A stretch of 64,000 nucleotides of DNA from an uncultured Eubacteriales bacterium. Lineage in GTDB: Bacteria > Bacillota > Clostridia > Lachnospirales > Lachnospiraceae. The notes below the pieces were generated by a model that saw only the letters and a program-made list of their open reading frames with translations, made no database searches and was not told the DNA's origin. Of the stretch, positions 9,498 through 18,960 are shown piece after piece. The stretch covers positions 4,149 to 68,148 of the forward strand of contig OMYS01000002.1 of the NCBI GenBank assembly GCA_900315305.1. Direction: 5' to 3'. Position numbers and translations under genes: made by a program. Within the stretch, counting starts at the first letter, position 1, and every line of letters begins with the position of its first letter.

Positions 9498-10676
9498 ATG
9501 AAAATTTATAAGCATGCCGACAGGCTGGACCATTTTCAGACAGGAATCTTTGCCGCAATGGATGAGAAAAAGGACGAACTCATCAGGCAGGGAAGAAAAG
9601 TATATAACCTTTCCATCGGAACTCCTGATTTCAAACCGATGAAGCATATCATGGACGCAGTTCGAGAATCGGTGGGGAGACCTGAGGACTACAAATATGC
9701 GCTCACAGACTCGGACGCCATGCTCGATGCGCTGATCGGATATTACAAGAGACGCTTTGGTGTTGAGCTTGAGAAGGATGAGATCACGGGCGTACACGGC
9801 ACGCAGGAGGGCATGGGCCATCTCGGAATGGCCATGTGCAATCCTGGCGACTATGTGCTGCTTCCGGACCCGGGATATCCGATCTATGAGGCCGGCTCCT
9901 ATTTCGGAGGAGCGGAGGTCTACTACTACGATCTTCTTGAGAAAAATGACTATCTTCCGGTCCTTGAGGACATTCCGGAGGAAATTCTGTACAAGACAAG
10001 ATATATGGTCGTGTCCTATCCGTCGAACCCCGTCGGTGCGGCCGCGCCGAAATCCATGTACGAAAAGCTGATCGCGTACGCGCGCAAGTATGATTTCTTT
10101 ATTATCAACGACATGGCCTATTCGGATATCATTTTCGACGGCAGAGAGTCATTCTCGATGCTTTCGCTTCCGGGCGGAAAAGAGGTCGGCGTCGAGTTCT
10201 TCTCGCTCTCGAAGTCCTTTAATCTCACCGGCCTCCGTCTGTCCTACCTGATTGGAAATCCGTCGATTGTCGGTGCGCTGAAGCTGCTCCGCAGCCAGTA
10301 TGACTTCGGTATTTCTTATCCGGCGCAGAAGGCTGCGATCGCCGCTCTGACCGGCCCGATGGATGAGGTGAGAGCTCAGTGTGATGAATATCAGCGGCGC
10401 CGCGATGCGATCTGCGGCGGCCTGAGAAGGATCGGCTGGGACGCAAAGGACTCCCAGGGCACCATGTTCACATGGATCAAGGTGCCCGAGGGATATACGT
10501 CCGAGTCCTGCATTTCTACGCTTCTTGAGACCTGCGGCGTCGTGGGAACGCCCGGAACTGCCTTCGGACCGAAGGGCGAGGGCTACATCCGGTTTGCTCT
10601 CGTGAAGCCGGTTGAGGAGCTGAACGAAATCGTCGATATCATCGGGAAGAATTTCCCACTGCATCCGGCGAAGTAA
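9498..10676 (+). CDS. PLP-dependent class I/II aminotransferase (LL-DAP aminotransferase-like)
   Basis: IGTPD, DPGYPIY, YPSNPVG, DMAYSDI, SLSKSFNLTGLRL (PLP Lys), GEGYIRFAL. Confidence 0.9.
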   Translation: MKIYKHADRLDHFQTGIFAAMDEKKDELIRQGRKVYNLSIGTPDFKPMKHIMDAVRESVGRPEDYKYALTDSDAMLDALIGYYKRRFGVELEKDEITGVHGTQEGMGHLGMAMCNPGDYVLLPDPGYPIYEAGSYFGGAEVYYYDLLEKNDYLPVLEDIPEEILYKTRYMVVSYPSNPVGAAAPKSMYEKLIAYARKYDFFIINDMAYSDIIFDGRESFSMLSLPGGKEVGVEFFSLSKSFNLTGLRLSYLIGNPSIVGALKLLRSQYDFGISYPAQKAAIAALTGPMDEVRAQCDEYQRRRDAICGGLRRIGWDAKDSQGTMFTWIKVPEGYTSESCISTLLETCGVVGTPGTAFGPKGEGYIRFALVKPVEELNEIVDIIGKNFPLHPAK

Positions 10677-10677
10677 T

Positions 10678-10718
10678 AAAAAGACGTCCGTTCGGAAAAT
10701 CTTTTCCGGACGGACGTC
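10678..10718. terminator. Probable bidirectional terminator between convergent genes
   Basis: Stem gacgtccgttcggaaaa/ttttccggacggacgtc with an A-tract on its left. Confidence 0.75.
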
Positions 10719-10773
10719 GCTTTCACCAGATGTTTCTGAAGAGCAGATGATTGACGGACGCTCTGCTGAGGAA

Positions 10774-11841
10774 TTACTTCCGGCGGTATGTCTCGATCAG
10801 GTTCGTGATGATGCCGATGGCATCCGTGTTCTTGCTGCCCTCCATGGCGGTGATATATTTGTCCTTGTCTGTATAAAGCTCATTGACTGCGGCTACAAGC
10901 TTTTCTGTCGAGAGGTCCTCTTCCTCGATGACGATGGAGAAGCCCTGCTTTTCAAAGGAGTGTGCGTTCAGGATCTGGTCGCCGCGGCTCGCCTTCGCGG
11001 AGAGCGGGATGAGCAGGTTCGGCTTCTTCAGGGCAAGCAGCTCACAGATCGCATTTGCTCCGGCGCGTGAGATCGCGACATCGGCTGCCGCAAACAGGTC
11101 CGGAAGCTCTTCCTTGATATATTCGTACTGGCGGTACCCTTCTGTGCCCTTCAGAGACTCGTCGAGCTTGCCTTTTCCGCAGAGATGAATGACGTCGTAG
11201 GTCTTAAGGAGCTCCGGCAGAGCGGCGCGGACAGCGTTGTTGACGGCGACGGCGCCGAGCGATCCGCCGATGACGATGATGACCGGTTTGTTTCCGGAAA
11301 GTTTGGCAAATGCAAGGCCCTTCTCGCGACTTCCCGCAAGAAGCTCAGCGCGGATCGGCGTGCCGGTCAGGATGCCCTTGCCGTCTCTGATTTCACTCAC
11401 GGTCTCCGGGAAGTTGCAGCAGACCTTTGTCGCCGCCGGGATGCAGAGCTTGTTCGCAAGGCCCGGGGTCATATCGGATTCATGACAGATGACCGGGATG
11501 TGAAGGCTCTTTGCGGCTCTGACGACCGGGACGGACACGAAGCCGCCCTTCGAAAAGACAATGTCGGGGTTTATTTTCTTCAGGGCCTTCTTCGCGTCAC
11601 CGATTCCCTTGATGACGCGGAACGGGTCCGTGAAATTCTTGAGATCAAAATAGCGGCGGAACTTTCCTGTTGAAATTCCATAATACGGGATATCGAAATC
11701 CGCGATCAGCTTCTTTTCGATTCCATCATAGGAACCGATGTAGCTGATATCATATCCGAGCTCTCTGAGCTTCGGGATGAGCGCGATATTCGGGGTTACG
11801 TGGCCGGCGGTGCCTCCGCCTGTCAGAACGATTTTCTTCAT
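10774..11841 (-). CDS. murG: UDP-GlcNAc:lipid I N-acetylglucosaminyltransferase
   Basis: GGGTAGHVTP, KGGFVSVPV, HESD, GGSLGA, SRAGA, DQILNA. Confidence 0.95.
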   Translation of the reverse strand: MKKIVLTGGGTAGHVTPNIALIPKLRELGYDISYIGSYDGIEKKLIADFDIPYYGISTGKFRRYFDLKNFTDPFRVIKGIGDAKKALKKINPDIVFSKGGFVSVPVVRAAKSLHIPVICHESDMTPGLANKLCIPAATKVCCNFPETVSEIRDGKGILTGTPIRAELLAGSREKGLAFAKLSGNKPVIIVIGGSLGAVAVNNAVRAALPELLKTYDVIHLCGKGKLDESLKGTEGYRQYEYIKEELPDLFAAADVAISRAGANAICELLALKKPNLLIPLSAKASRGDQILNAHSFEKQGFSIVIEEEDLSTEKLVAAVNELYTDKDKYITAMEGSKNTDAIGIITNLIETYRRK

Positions 11842-12023
11842 GTTGATCCGCGGCGAAGCCTCTTTCGCCGCCCTCCTTCCTGATGTGAGCTGAAGTACAT
11901 ATTGTCTGTGTCCGAGCGCGCTTCCGGCGCCGCCTGCCGGTCCGCGGACTTAGGTATAAAACACGCCGGGGGCCTCCATTTTCCGGGAGAAAATACATGT
12001 TTTATGCTATACTTCAGGTAGCG

Positions 12024-12088
12024 GTAACTATTTGCGCTCTCAGCTTCAGAACGCTTTGCGCTCCTCGCTGCGGGTGCTGAATAATTGC
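12024..12088. repeat. REP/MITE-like element, copy B
   Basis: Starts gtaactatt and ends gggtgctgaataattgc; 12052-12074 matches 50396-50418 at 21/23 nt. Confidence 0.7.
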
Positions 12089-12268
12089 CAGATATGTACG
12101 AAACCTGTCTGCGGCAGGGCGAACAGTATGGCCTGGCTGCCCTGTCAGCTGTCTCAGCTATCATAGTACGAACACGGCGGTTTGGCAAACCGGTCTTGCA
12201 GATCCTGAAAACAAATGCCGGATTTGTGAGCGGGCAGCATCGGGCAGAGATGGAAGGAGGCGCTTTAT

Positions 12269-13954
12269 ATGAGGCTTACATTTGTCGGAGCTGATCACGA
12301 GGTGACCGGAAGCTGCCATTACCTCGAGGCGGCGGGAAAGAAAATCCTGGTCGATTACGGAATGGAGCAGGGGCGGAATGTGTGGGAGAATGTGCCGCTT
12401 CCCGCGAAGGCCGCGGACATCGATTATGTCTTTGTGACTCACGCGCACATTGACCACACGGGTCTTCTGCCTCTTCTCGGCGCGCAGGGCTTTCACGGAA
12501 AAATTTTTGCGACACGCGCCACAACAGACCTGTGCGAGATTATGCTGCTCGATTCGGCGGGAATTCAGGAATTCGAGGCGGAGTGGAGAAACCGCAAGGG
12601 CAAGAGAAAGGGAGAGGCCCCGTATGTGCCGATTTACACGTCCGAGGACGCGACACGCATCATGAAGTACTTTGTTCCGTGCCCGTATAACATGGAGATT
12701 GATGTCTGCGACGGGATTCGGATCCGCTTCACAGATGTCGGCCATCTTCTCGGATCGGCGGCGATCGAGGTGTGGCTCACGGAGGAGGGAAAGACGAAGA
12801 AGATTGTCTTTTCGGGCGATATCGGAAATACGAACCAGCCGCTCATCCGCGATCCGGAGACCATCACCGATGCGGATTATCTCGTGACGGAGTCGACGTA
12901 CGGTGACAGGAGTCACGGGCCGAGGACCGATTATGTCCGGGACCTCGCGGAGGTGATCCAGCGGACCTTTGACCGCGGCGGCAATATCGTGATCCCTTCA
13001 TTTGCCGTCGGACGCACGCAGGAAATGCTCTACTTCATCCGGCAGATCAAGGAGCAGCACCTGATTCAGAACCATGACGGGTTTGATGTCTATGTGGATT
13101 CTCCACTGGCTGTCCGCGCCACGAGCGTCTTCAATGAAAATGCGCGGGAGTGCTTTGATGACGAGGCGGAGTCACTTATCAATCAGGGAATCAACCCGAT
13201 TTCATTTCCGGGACTGAAGCTTGCGACGACGCCGGATGAGTCGAAGAACATCAATTTTGTGGAGGAACCGAAGGTCATTATCTCAGCGAGCGGTATGTGC
13301 GACGCGGGACGGATCAAACACCATCTGAAGCACAATCTCTGGAGAGAGGAATCGACGATTCTGTTCGTCGGCTATCAGAGTGAGGGAACACTGGGAAGAA
13401 GACTGCTGGAAGGCGTAAAAGAGGTCACGCTGTTCGGCGAGGAAATTCATGTCGCGGCGGAGATTTGCGCGCTTCCGGGAATTTCCGGGCACGCGGACCA
13501 GCAGGGCCTTCTCAATTGGGCGGCAGGCTTTACGGGCACGCCGCCGCGGCGCGTCTTTGTCGTTCACGGCGAGGACTCGGTTGTCGATATTTACGCGGGT
13601 CTGCTCCATGAGCGGCTCGGCTACAGCGCAGTCGCGCCGTATTCGGGAACAGTCTGGAATCTTCTGACTGATAAATGCGAGTTCGAGGCGAAGCCGGTCC
13701 CGTATGTGAAGCGCGATGCCAATGGAAATCCGGTCCGCGAGACAGAGAGCGGCGGTATGTCGACTCCGTACAGACGGCTCGAGAACACGGCGGAGCGGCT
13801 TCTCGCATTTGTGCATGAGGCGAGAGGCTTTACTAATAAGGACCTTGCCAAGTATACAGATCAGCTGACGGCGCTTCTCAATAAATGGGAGGGCATCGGG
13901 AGCAGCGGCAGAGACAAAAATTCAAGAAGAGATCAGGAAACATGCGGACGCTGA
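12269..13954 (+). CDS. MBL-fold beta-CASP ribonuclease (YSH1/CPSF73-like)
   Basis: GADHEVTGSC, THAHIDH, GHLLGSA, ESTYG, PSFAVGRTQE, SGHAD. Confidence 0.9.
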   Translation: MRLTFVGADHEVTGSCHYLEAAGKKILVDYGMEQGRNVWENVPLPAKAADIDYVFVTHAHIDHTGLLPLLGAQGFHGKIFATRATTDLCEIMLLDSAGIQEFEAEWRNRKGKRKGEAPYVPIYTSEDATRIMKYFVPCPYNMEIDVCDGIRIRFTDVGHLLGSAAIEVWLTEEGKTKKIVFSGDIGNTNQPLIRDPETITDADYLVTESTYGDRSHGPRTDYVRDLAEVIQRTFDRGGNIVIPSFAVGRTQEMLYFIRQIKEQHLIQNHDGFDVYVDSPLAVRATSVFNENARECFDDEAESLINQGINPISFPGLKLATTPDESKNINFVEEPKVIISASGMCDAGRIKHHLKHNLWREESTILFVGYQSEGTLGRRLLEGVKEVTLFGEEIHVAAEICALPGISGHADQQGLLNWAAGFTGTPPRRVFVVHGEDSVVDIYAGLLHERLGYSAVAPYSGTVWNLLTDKCEFEAKPVPYVKRDANGNPVRETESGGMSTPYRRLENTAERLLAFVHEARGFTNKDLAKYTDQLTALLNKWEGIGSSGRDKNSRRDQETCGR

Positions 13955-14040
13955 GCCGCTCTTTACAAAATAATTAAGAACCGTGGGAGAATGTCAAGGC
14001 CGAATGCGGGTGCAGGACGTTCTCAGATCTGCTGATAAAC

Positions 14041-14077
14041 AAAAGGCGGCCCGCCGGAAATACCCCGGCGGACCGCT
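14041..14077 (-). terminator. Intrinsic terminator of the TSCPD gene
   Basis: GC-rich stem gcgg-c-ccgccgg/ccggcgg-a-ccgc preceded by AAAA. Confidence 0.6.
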
Positions 14078-14083
14078 TACAGT

Positions 14084-14326
14084 TCACTCGTTCAGGGCTA
14101 CCTTCAGCGCCTTTGCGAGCTGATCAGGACATGAGGTGTTCTTGAAGCCGCAGGTCGTGCCCTCGAGCTTGTCGATGACCTCGTGCGCGTCCATACCCTC
14201 GACCAGCTTGCCGATACCCTTCAGGTTTCCGTTGCAGCCGCCTGTGAAGCGCACATTGTGGACGGTGCTGCCGTCGAGATCAAATTCAATGAGCTGAGAG
14301 CAGGTGCCCTTTGTTTTATATCGCAT
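14084..14326 (-). CDS. TSCPD-domain (TIGR03905-like) small protein
   Basis: YKTKGTCS..I.FD, FTGGCNGNLKGI, CG.K.TSCPDQLA. Confidence 0.9.
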   Translation of the reverse strand: MRYKTKGTCSQLIEFDLDGSTVHNVRFTGGCNGNLKGIGKLVEGMDAHEVIDKLEGTTCGFKNTSCPDQLAKALKVALNE

Positions 14327-14418
14327 ATCTTACCTCCATATTTGATAGCTGTTCAGCACAACGAGGAAACGCAAAGCGTTTCGAGTCTGGGAATGCTGAA
14401 TGTTGTCACGAATAAGTC

Positions 14419-14492
14419 GCATTATAACACAGCCCGTCCGGAAGGCAATCCCCGGTTGGCGTTGGAACACGTCCGGCTCTGTGCTATAATGC
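14419..14492. promoter_or_regulatory. Divergent extended -10 promoter pair (TSCPD gene / luxS operon)
   Basis: gcattataacacag (14419-14432) and ctgtgctataatgc (14479-14492) are inverted repeats (13/14 nt), each containing TGnTATAAT. Confidence 0.6.
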
Positions 14493-14623
14493 ACATCGAC
14501 GTGAAAATGTATATGCACGGGTCCGGCTGCGACTGGAGACCGGAATGTTATTTCCGGCACAGATTCGTGTGCGCACGGGACCGGAACGGGTACGGGCTGC
14601 CCGTACAGATAAGGAGACATATT

Positions 14624-15103
14624 ATGGAAAAAATTACGAGCTTTACAATCAACCACCTGAAGCTTGAGCCGGGCGTCTATGTATCCCGGAAGGACAAATA
14701 CGGAGATGCGGTCATCACGACCTTCGATCTCCGCATGACAACTCCGAACAAGGAGCCGGTCATGAACACGGCTGAGGTTCATACGATCGAGCACCTCGGC
14801 GCCACCTATCTCCGCAACGATCCTGAGTTCGCGGACAAAACGGTCTATTTCGGACCGATGGGCTGCCGGACCGGCTTCTACATGTTGCTTGCGGGCGACT
14901 ACAGCTCAAAGGACGTCGTTCCGCTTGTTACGAAGATGTTCGAGTTCATCCGCGATTTCCGCGGTGAGGTTCCGGGAGCGGCTCCGCGCGACTGCGGCAA
15001 TTATCTGGATCAGAATCTCGGCATGGCCAATTGGCTTGCAAACCGGTATCTGAACAATGTGCTCTACAACATCGACGAGAAGCACCTCGTTTATCCGGAA
15101 TAA
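14624..15103 (+). CDS. luxS: S-ribosylhomocysteine lyase (AI-2 synthase)
   Basis: SFTINH, TFDLRM..PN, HTIEHL, GPMGCRTGFY, CGNY; RBS AAGGAG. Confidence 0.95.
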   Translation: MEKITSFTINHLKLEPGVYVSRKDKYGDAVITTFDLRMTTPNKEPVMNTAEVHTIEHLGATYLRNDPEFADKTVYFGPMGCRTGFYMLLAGDYSSKDVVPLVTKMFEFIRDFRGEVPGAAPRDCGNYLDQNLGMANWLANRYLNNVLYNIDEKHLVYPE

Positions 15104-15166
15104 ATCCAACGAAACAGGCGCAGTCGTTGCGGCTGCGCAATTGAAAAACCGACAGGAGATAAGAAA

Positions 15167-15862
15167 ATGAAAATCGGCATTATCGGCGCGATGTCCGCGG
15201 AGGTCGCCGCGCTCAAATCCAAGATGAAGCTGGCCGGCACGAAGAGAAGGGCCGGCATGGAATTCTGCGAGGGAACGATCGGAAATACGGACGTCGTCAT
15301 CGTGCAGAGCGGTGTCGGCAAGGTCAACGCCGGATGCTGCGTGCAGATCCTGGCAGATCTCTTCGATGTGACACATATCATCAATACGGGCGTCGCCGGA
15401 TCCCTGAACAACGACATCAATATCGGCGACATCGTCGTCTCGACGGATGCCCTCTACCATGATGTCGACGCGACTGTCTTCGGCTACGCGAAGGGCGAGG
15501 TGCCGCAGCTCGGCACAGCCTCCTTTACGGCTGATGAAATGCTGCGGGCGTCGGCTGTCCGTGCAATTCGCGAGGCGGACCCGGACATTCAGGTCTTCGA
15601 GGGAAGAGTCGCGAGCGGCGATCAGTTTATCTGTGACAGAGCGGTGAAGAACAGGATCCGCGACACCTTCCACGCGGACTGCTGTGAGATGGAGGGAGCT
15701 GCGATTGCCCAGGCATCCTGGATCAACGGGATCCCGTTCGTCATCGTCCGCGCTATTTCCGACAAGGCCGACGAGAGTGTGACGGTGTCCTACGATGAGT
15801 TTGAGGGCAAGGCGGCAGAGCACTGCGCAAGGCTCGTCGAATATATGGTGAGACATTTCTGA
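15167..15862 (+). CDS. mtnN: 5'-methylthioadenosine/S-adenosylhomocysteine nucleosidase
   Basis: IGIIGAM..E, SGVGKVNA, INTGVAG, SGDQFI, EMEGAAIAQ, RAISD. Confidence 0.95.
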   Translation: MKIGIIGAMSAEVAALKSKMKLAGTKRRAGMEFCEGTIGNTDVVIVQSGVGKVNAGCCVQILADLFDVTHIINTGVAGSLNNDINIGDIVVSTDALYHDVDATVFGYAKGEVPQLGTASFTADEMLRASAVRAIREADPDIQVFEGRVASGDQFICDRAVKNRIRDTFHADCCEMEGAAIAQASWINGIPFVIVRAISDKADESVTVSYDEFEGKAAEHCARLVEYMVRHF

Positions 15863-15866
15863 AGTC

Positions 15867-16124
15867 ATGCGGGTCTGGGGAAAAATCTGTAAGGACAATC
15901 ATCTCCTGCGGGACGCCGTCGTGGAAACCTTTGACGACACCCGCACGCACTGCATTTTTCATGCGCTGAGTGAAATCTGCATGCAGCTTGACCTCGCGGT
16001 GCCCGCGTGGCTCGACTCAAATGTGAAGGAATTCGGGCGGCGCGCAAAGACGAGATTCAGACAGGACAGCTTTATAGAAGAAATAGATTTTGACTACCTC
16101 GAGATCGAGATCCTCGAGGAGTGA
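15867..16124 (+). CDS. Conserved hypothetical small protein
   Basis: 85-aa ORF tightly packed between mtnN and greA with normal codon usage. Confidence 0.7.
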   Translation: MRVWGKICKDNHLLRDAVVETFDDTRTHCIFHALSEICMQLDLAVPAWLDSNVKEFGRRAKTRFRQDSFIEEIDFDYLEIEILEE

Positions 16125-16147
16125 CGGAAACAGAGGTTGATAGAAAC

Positions 16148-16651
16148 ATGTACGACAGACTGACACAGGGCGACATTGACAAGATGAAGGCCGAGATCTA
16201 CCACAGGAAAAATGTAGAGCGGCCGAAGCTGATCGAGGAGGTCAAGACCGCCGCGGCGCAGGGCGACCGCAGCGAGAACTTCGAGTACTATGCCGCAAAG
16301 CGTGCGAAGCGTCAGAACGACAGCCGGATCAACTATCTCGAAAATATGATCCGCACCGCGAAGATTGTCGAGGACACGGGCGCAGCCGATGAGGTCTCGA
16401 TGGACAAGACGGTCGAGGTGTATTTTCCGGATGACGATGAGACGGAGACATACCGGATCGTGACGACCATCCGCGGAAATTCGCTGGAGGGACTCATTTC
16501 CATTGATTCGCCGATCGGAAAAGCGATCATGCACCACAAGGTCGGCGACACCTGCACGGTCCATGTGAACGATCAGGTGAGCTACGACGTCGTGATTCGG
16601 CACATCGGCGAGGCTGTGTCAGAGGACAACGATACGATCAAGAGCTTCTAA
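16148..16651 (+). CDS. greA: GreA/GreB family transcription elongation factor
   Basis: QGDRSENFEYYAAKR, SRINYLE, ISIDSPIGKAI. Confidence 0.88.
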   Translation: MYDRLTQGDIDKMKAEIYHRKNVERPKLIEEVKTAAAQGDRSENFEYYAAKRAKRQNDSRINYLENMIRTAKIVEDTGAADEVSMDKTVEVYFPDDDETETYRIVTTIRGNSLEGLISIDSPIGKAIMHHKVGDTCTVHVNDQVSYDVVIRHIGEAVSEDNDTIKSF

Positions 16652-16711
16652 TGTGGGCAGGCGCGGCTGTACTCTGCAAATCTGTCGGAGGACAACGATA
16701 CGATCAAGAGC
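16617..16711 (+). repeat. Direct duplication of the greA 3' end (24 nt exact, 66-nt offset)
   Basis: gaggacaacgatacgatcaagagc at 16622-16645 and 16688-16711. Confidence 0.9.
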
Positions 16712-16781
16712 GTTTGACGAATGATACGCGGACTCTGAGTCCGGAGTGCATGCGCGATCGACTGCGAAAGGATACAGCATA

Positions 16782-17285
16782 ATGAACAATGACAGCGTGA
16801 TCAATACACTACTTAACTCCATGATCCTTTACAATGAGGCCGATCCGCTCCGGATCCAGCACTCGGTCAAGGTACACAGCTTCGCGAAGCTCATCGCGGA
16901 AAATGAAAAGCTCTCGGCGGAGACGGTACAGCTGATCGAGATTGCGGCGATTCTGCACGACGTCGGCATCCGTGCGGCGGAGAAAAAATACGGCCATCAG
17001 AACGGCAAGCTGCAGGAGCAGGAGGGCCCCGCAGTTGCGGAGGACCTGATGAGAAAAGCCGGCGTAGATGACGAGGAGCTGATCGGGCGCGTGAAGTACC
17101 TGATCGGCCATCACCACACCTACACGAACATCGATGGGGCCGACTATCAGATCCTCGTCGAGGCGGACTTCCTCGTCAATCTGTTTGAGGACAAGGAGCC
17201 GGTCAGCGCCGTGAAGCATGTGCGGGACCGCATTTTCAAGACAGCGTCCGGCATAAAGCTTATTGAGACGATGTACGGGATCTGA
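16782..17285 (+). CDS. HD domain phosphohydrolase
   Basis: HSVKVH, AAILHDVG, HHH, EADFLVN. Confidence 0.88.
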   Translation: MNNDSVINTLLNSMILYNEADPLRIQHSVKVHSFAKLIAENEKLSAETVQLIEIAAILHDVGIRAAEKKYGHQNGKLQEQEGPAVAEDLMRKAGVDDEELIGRVKYLIGHHHTYTNIDGADYQILVEADFLVNLFEDKEPVSAVKHVRDRIFKTASGIKLIETMYGI

Positions 17286-17575
17286 GAAGAAGCAGGTTCT
17301 GTCTGGCTGTGATACGTAAGCAAAGGCCAGCGGGGAGGCGCCCATTAACCAGAATGTCATTTGTGCGGAGCTGTCAGACGACCTGTCAGGCGGCGTTCGT
17401 CAATCTGCCCGAGGACCTGCCGGATGGTGTTCGTCAATTTGCTAATGAAACAGGGAAATCTTTGTGCGGCTCGAACATGGCGCCTGAGTCTCTCCTTCGA
17501 TATACTGTAACCATAAGATAACAGCCGGCGGAAAACGGTGGCCGGCAGAGAGATGTATCAGGAGGAGAAGAGAAA

Positions 17576-18682
17576 ATGGCAAGCCTTTCACTGGAGCATA
17601 TTGATAAGACATACCCGAACGGATTCAAAGCTGTCAAGGATTTCAACCTTGATGTCAAAGATAAGGAATTCATCATTTTTGTCGGCCCGTCTGGCTGCGG
17701 AAAGTCCACAACACTTCGTATGATCGCTGGTCTTGAGGACATCACAGGCGGTACATTAAAGATCGACGGCAAGGTCATGAACGATGTTGAGCCGAAGGAC
17801 CGTGATATCGCGATGGTCTTCCAGAACTACGCTCTGTATCCGCATATGACAGTTTATGATAACATGGCATTCGGCCTCAAGCTTCGTAAGGTTCCGAAGG
17901 ACGAGATCGACAAGAAGGTCCGCGAGGCAGCAAAGATCCTCGACCTTGACAAGCTTCTTGATCGTAAGCCGAAGGCTCTTTCCGGTGGTCAGAGACAGCG
18001 TGTCGCGATGGGCCGTGCAATTGTCCGTAAGCCGAAGGTATTCCTCATGGACGAGCCGCTGTCCAACCTCGATGCAAAGCTTCGTGTCCAGATGAGAACT
18101 GAGATCTCCAAGCTTCATCAGAGACTGGGCGCAACAATCATCTACGTCACACATGACCAGACAGAGGCTATGACCCTCGGAACAAGAATCGTTGTCATGA
18201 AGGACGGCGTTGTTCAGCAGATCGATACACCGCAGAACCTGTATGATCACCCGATCAATCAGTTCGTCGCAGGCTTCATCGGCTCTCCGCAGATGAACTT
18301 CATGGACGCTGCAGTTTCCGTCAAGGGCCAGACAGTCACAGTCAAGGTCGGCGACCACACACTGACAGTTCCGGCAGACAAGTCCAAGAAGCTTGTTCCG
18401 TATGACGGCAAGACGGTCGTCCTCGGCATTCGTCCGGAGGATGTCCATGATGACGAGGAGTATGTCGCTGCTCATCAGGACAGCAAGATCTCTGCTCCGA
18501 TCCGTGTCTACGAGCTTCTCGGCGCTGAAGTATTCCTGTACTTCGATTTCGCAGGCGCTCAGATGACAGCCCGCGTCATGCCGACAACACCGGCACGTGC
18601 TGGCGACACAGTCACATTCGCGCTCGATATGAACAAGACACATTATTTCGACAAGGACACACAGAAGACGATCACAGACTGA
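17576..18682 (+). CDS. MsmX/MalK-like multiple-sugar ABC transporter ATPase (no permease genes nearby)
   Basis: GPSGCGKST, VFQNYALYPHM, LSGGQRQR, DEPLSNLD, C-terminal TOBE-like region. Confidence 0.93.
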   Translation: MASLSLEHIDKTYPNGFKAVKDFNLDVKDKEFIIFVGPSGCGKSTTLRMIAGLEDITGGTLKIDGKVMNDVEPKDRDIAMVFQNYALYPHMTVYDNMAFGLKLRKVPKDEIDKKVREAAKILDLDKLLDRKPKALSGGQRQRVAMGRAIVRKPKVFLMDEPLSNLDAKLRVQMRTEISKLHQRLGATIIYVTHDQTEAMTLGTRIVVMKDGVVQQIDTPQNLYDHPINQFVAGFIGSPQMNFMDAAVSVKGQTVTVKVGDHTLTVPADKSKKLVPYDGKTVVLGIRPEDVHDDEEYVAAHQDSKISAPIRVYELLGAEVFLYFDFAGAQMTARVMPTTPARAGDTVTFALDMNKTHYFDKDTQKTITD

Positions 18683-18708
18683 TCGCCGGTCTGAGAGATA
18701 TTTACAAG

Positions 18709-18743
18709 AGGGAGAGCTTCCGCGTGGAGGCTCTCCCTTTTTT
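18709..18743 (+). terminator. Intrinsic terminator
   Basis: agggagagcttcc/ggaggctctccct stem plus T-tract. Confidence 0.8.
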
Positions 18744-18960
18744 GTATGCAGCCGGATAGATACCGCTCTGAGATTCACGGCCGCGTATGATTCTTGGCGC
18801 GTGTGAACGGCAACCCTTTGTCTGCTATACAGAATTCTGCTATTGGTGATTCTTTCAGAGAATGATATAATCGCAGTAGAGCGTGCTTTGCACGCGGATC
18901 CAGAAGCTGTATTTCTGCGTGGAAATTTTTCCGCGCCGGAACTATTTTCATGGGAGGAAA

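Noticed and set aside
14433-14455. gtccggaagg resembles the SRP RNA domain IV loop
   Set aside because: The flanking CAGG/GCAGC pairing is absent, and the site lies between two divergent promoters.
16617-16711. CRISPR-like repeat-spacer-repeat (24-nt repeat, 42-nt gap); also the 60-bp and 48-bp repeats
   Set aside because: Only two copies, one of them coding; the others are in-frame tandem repeats without unique spacers; no cas genes.
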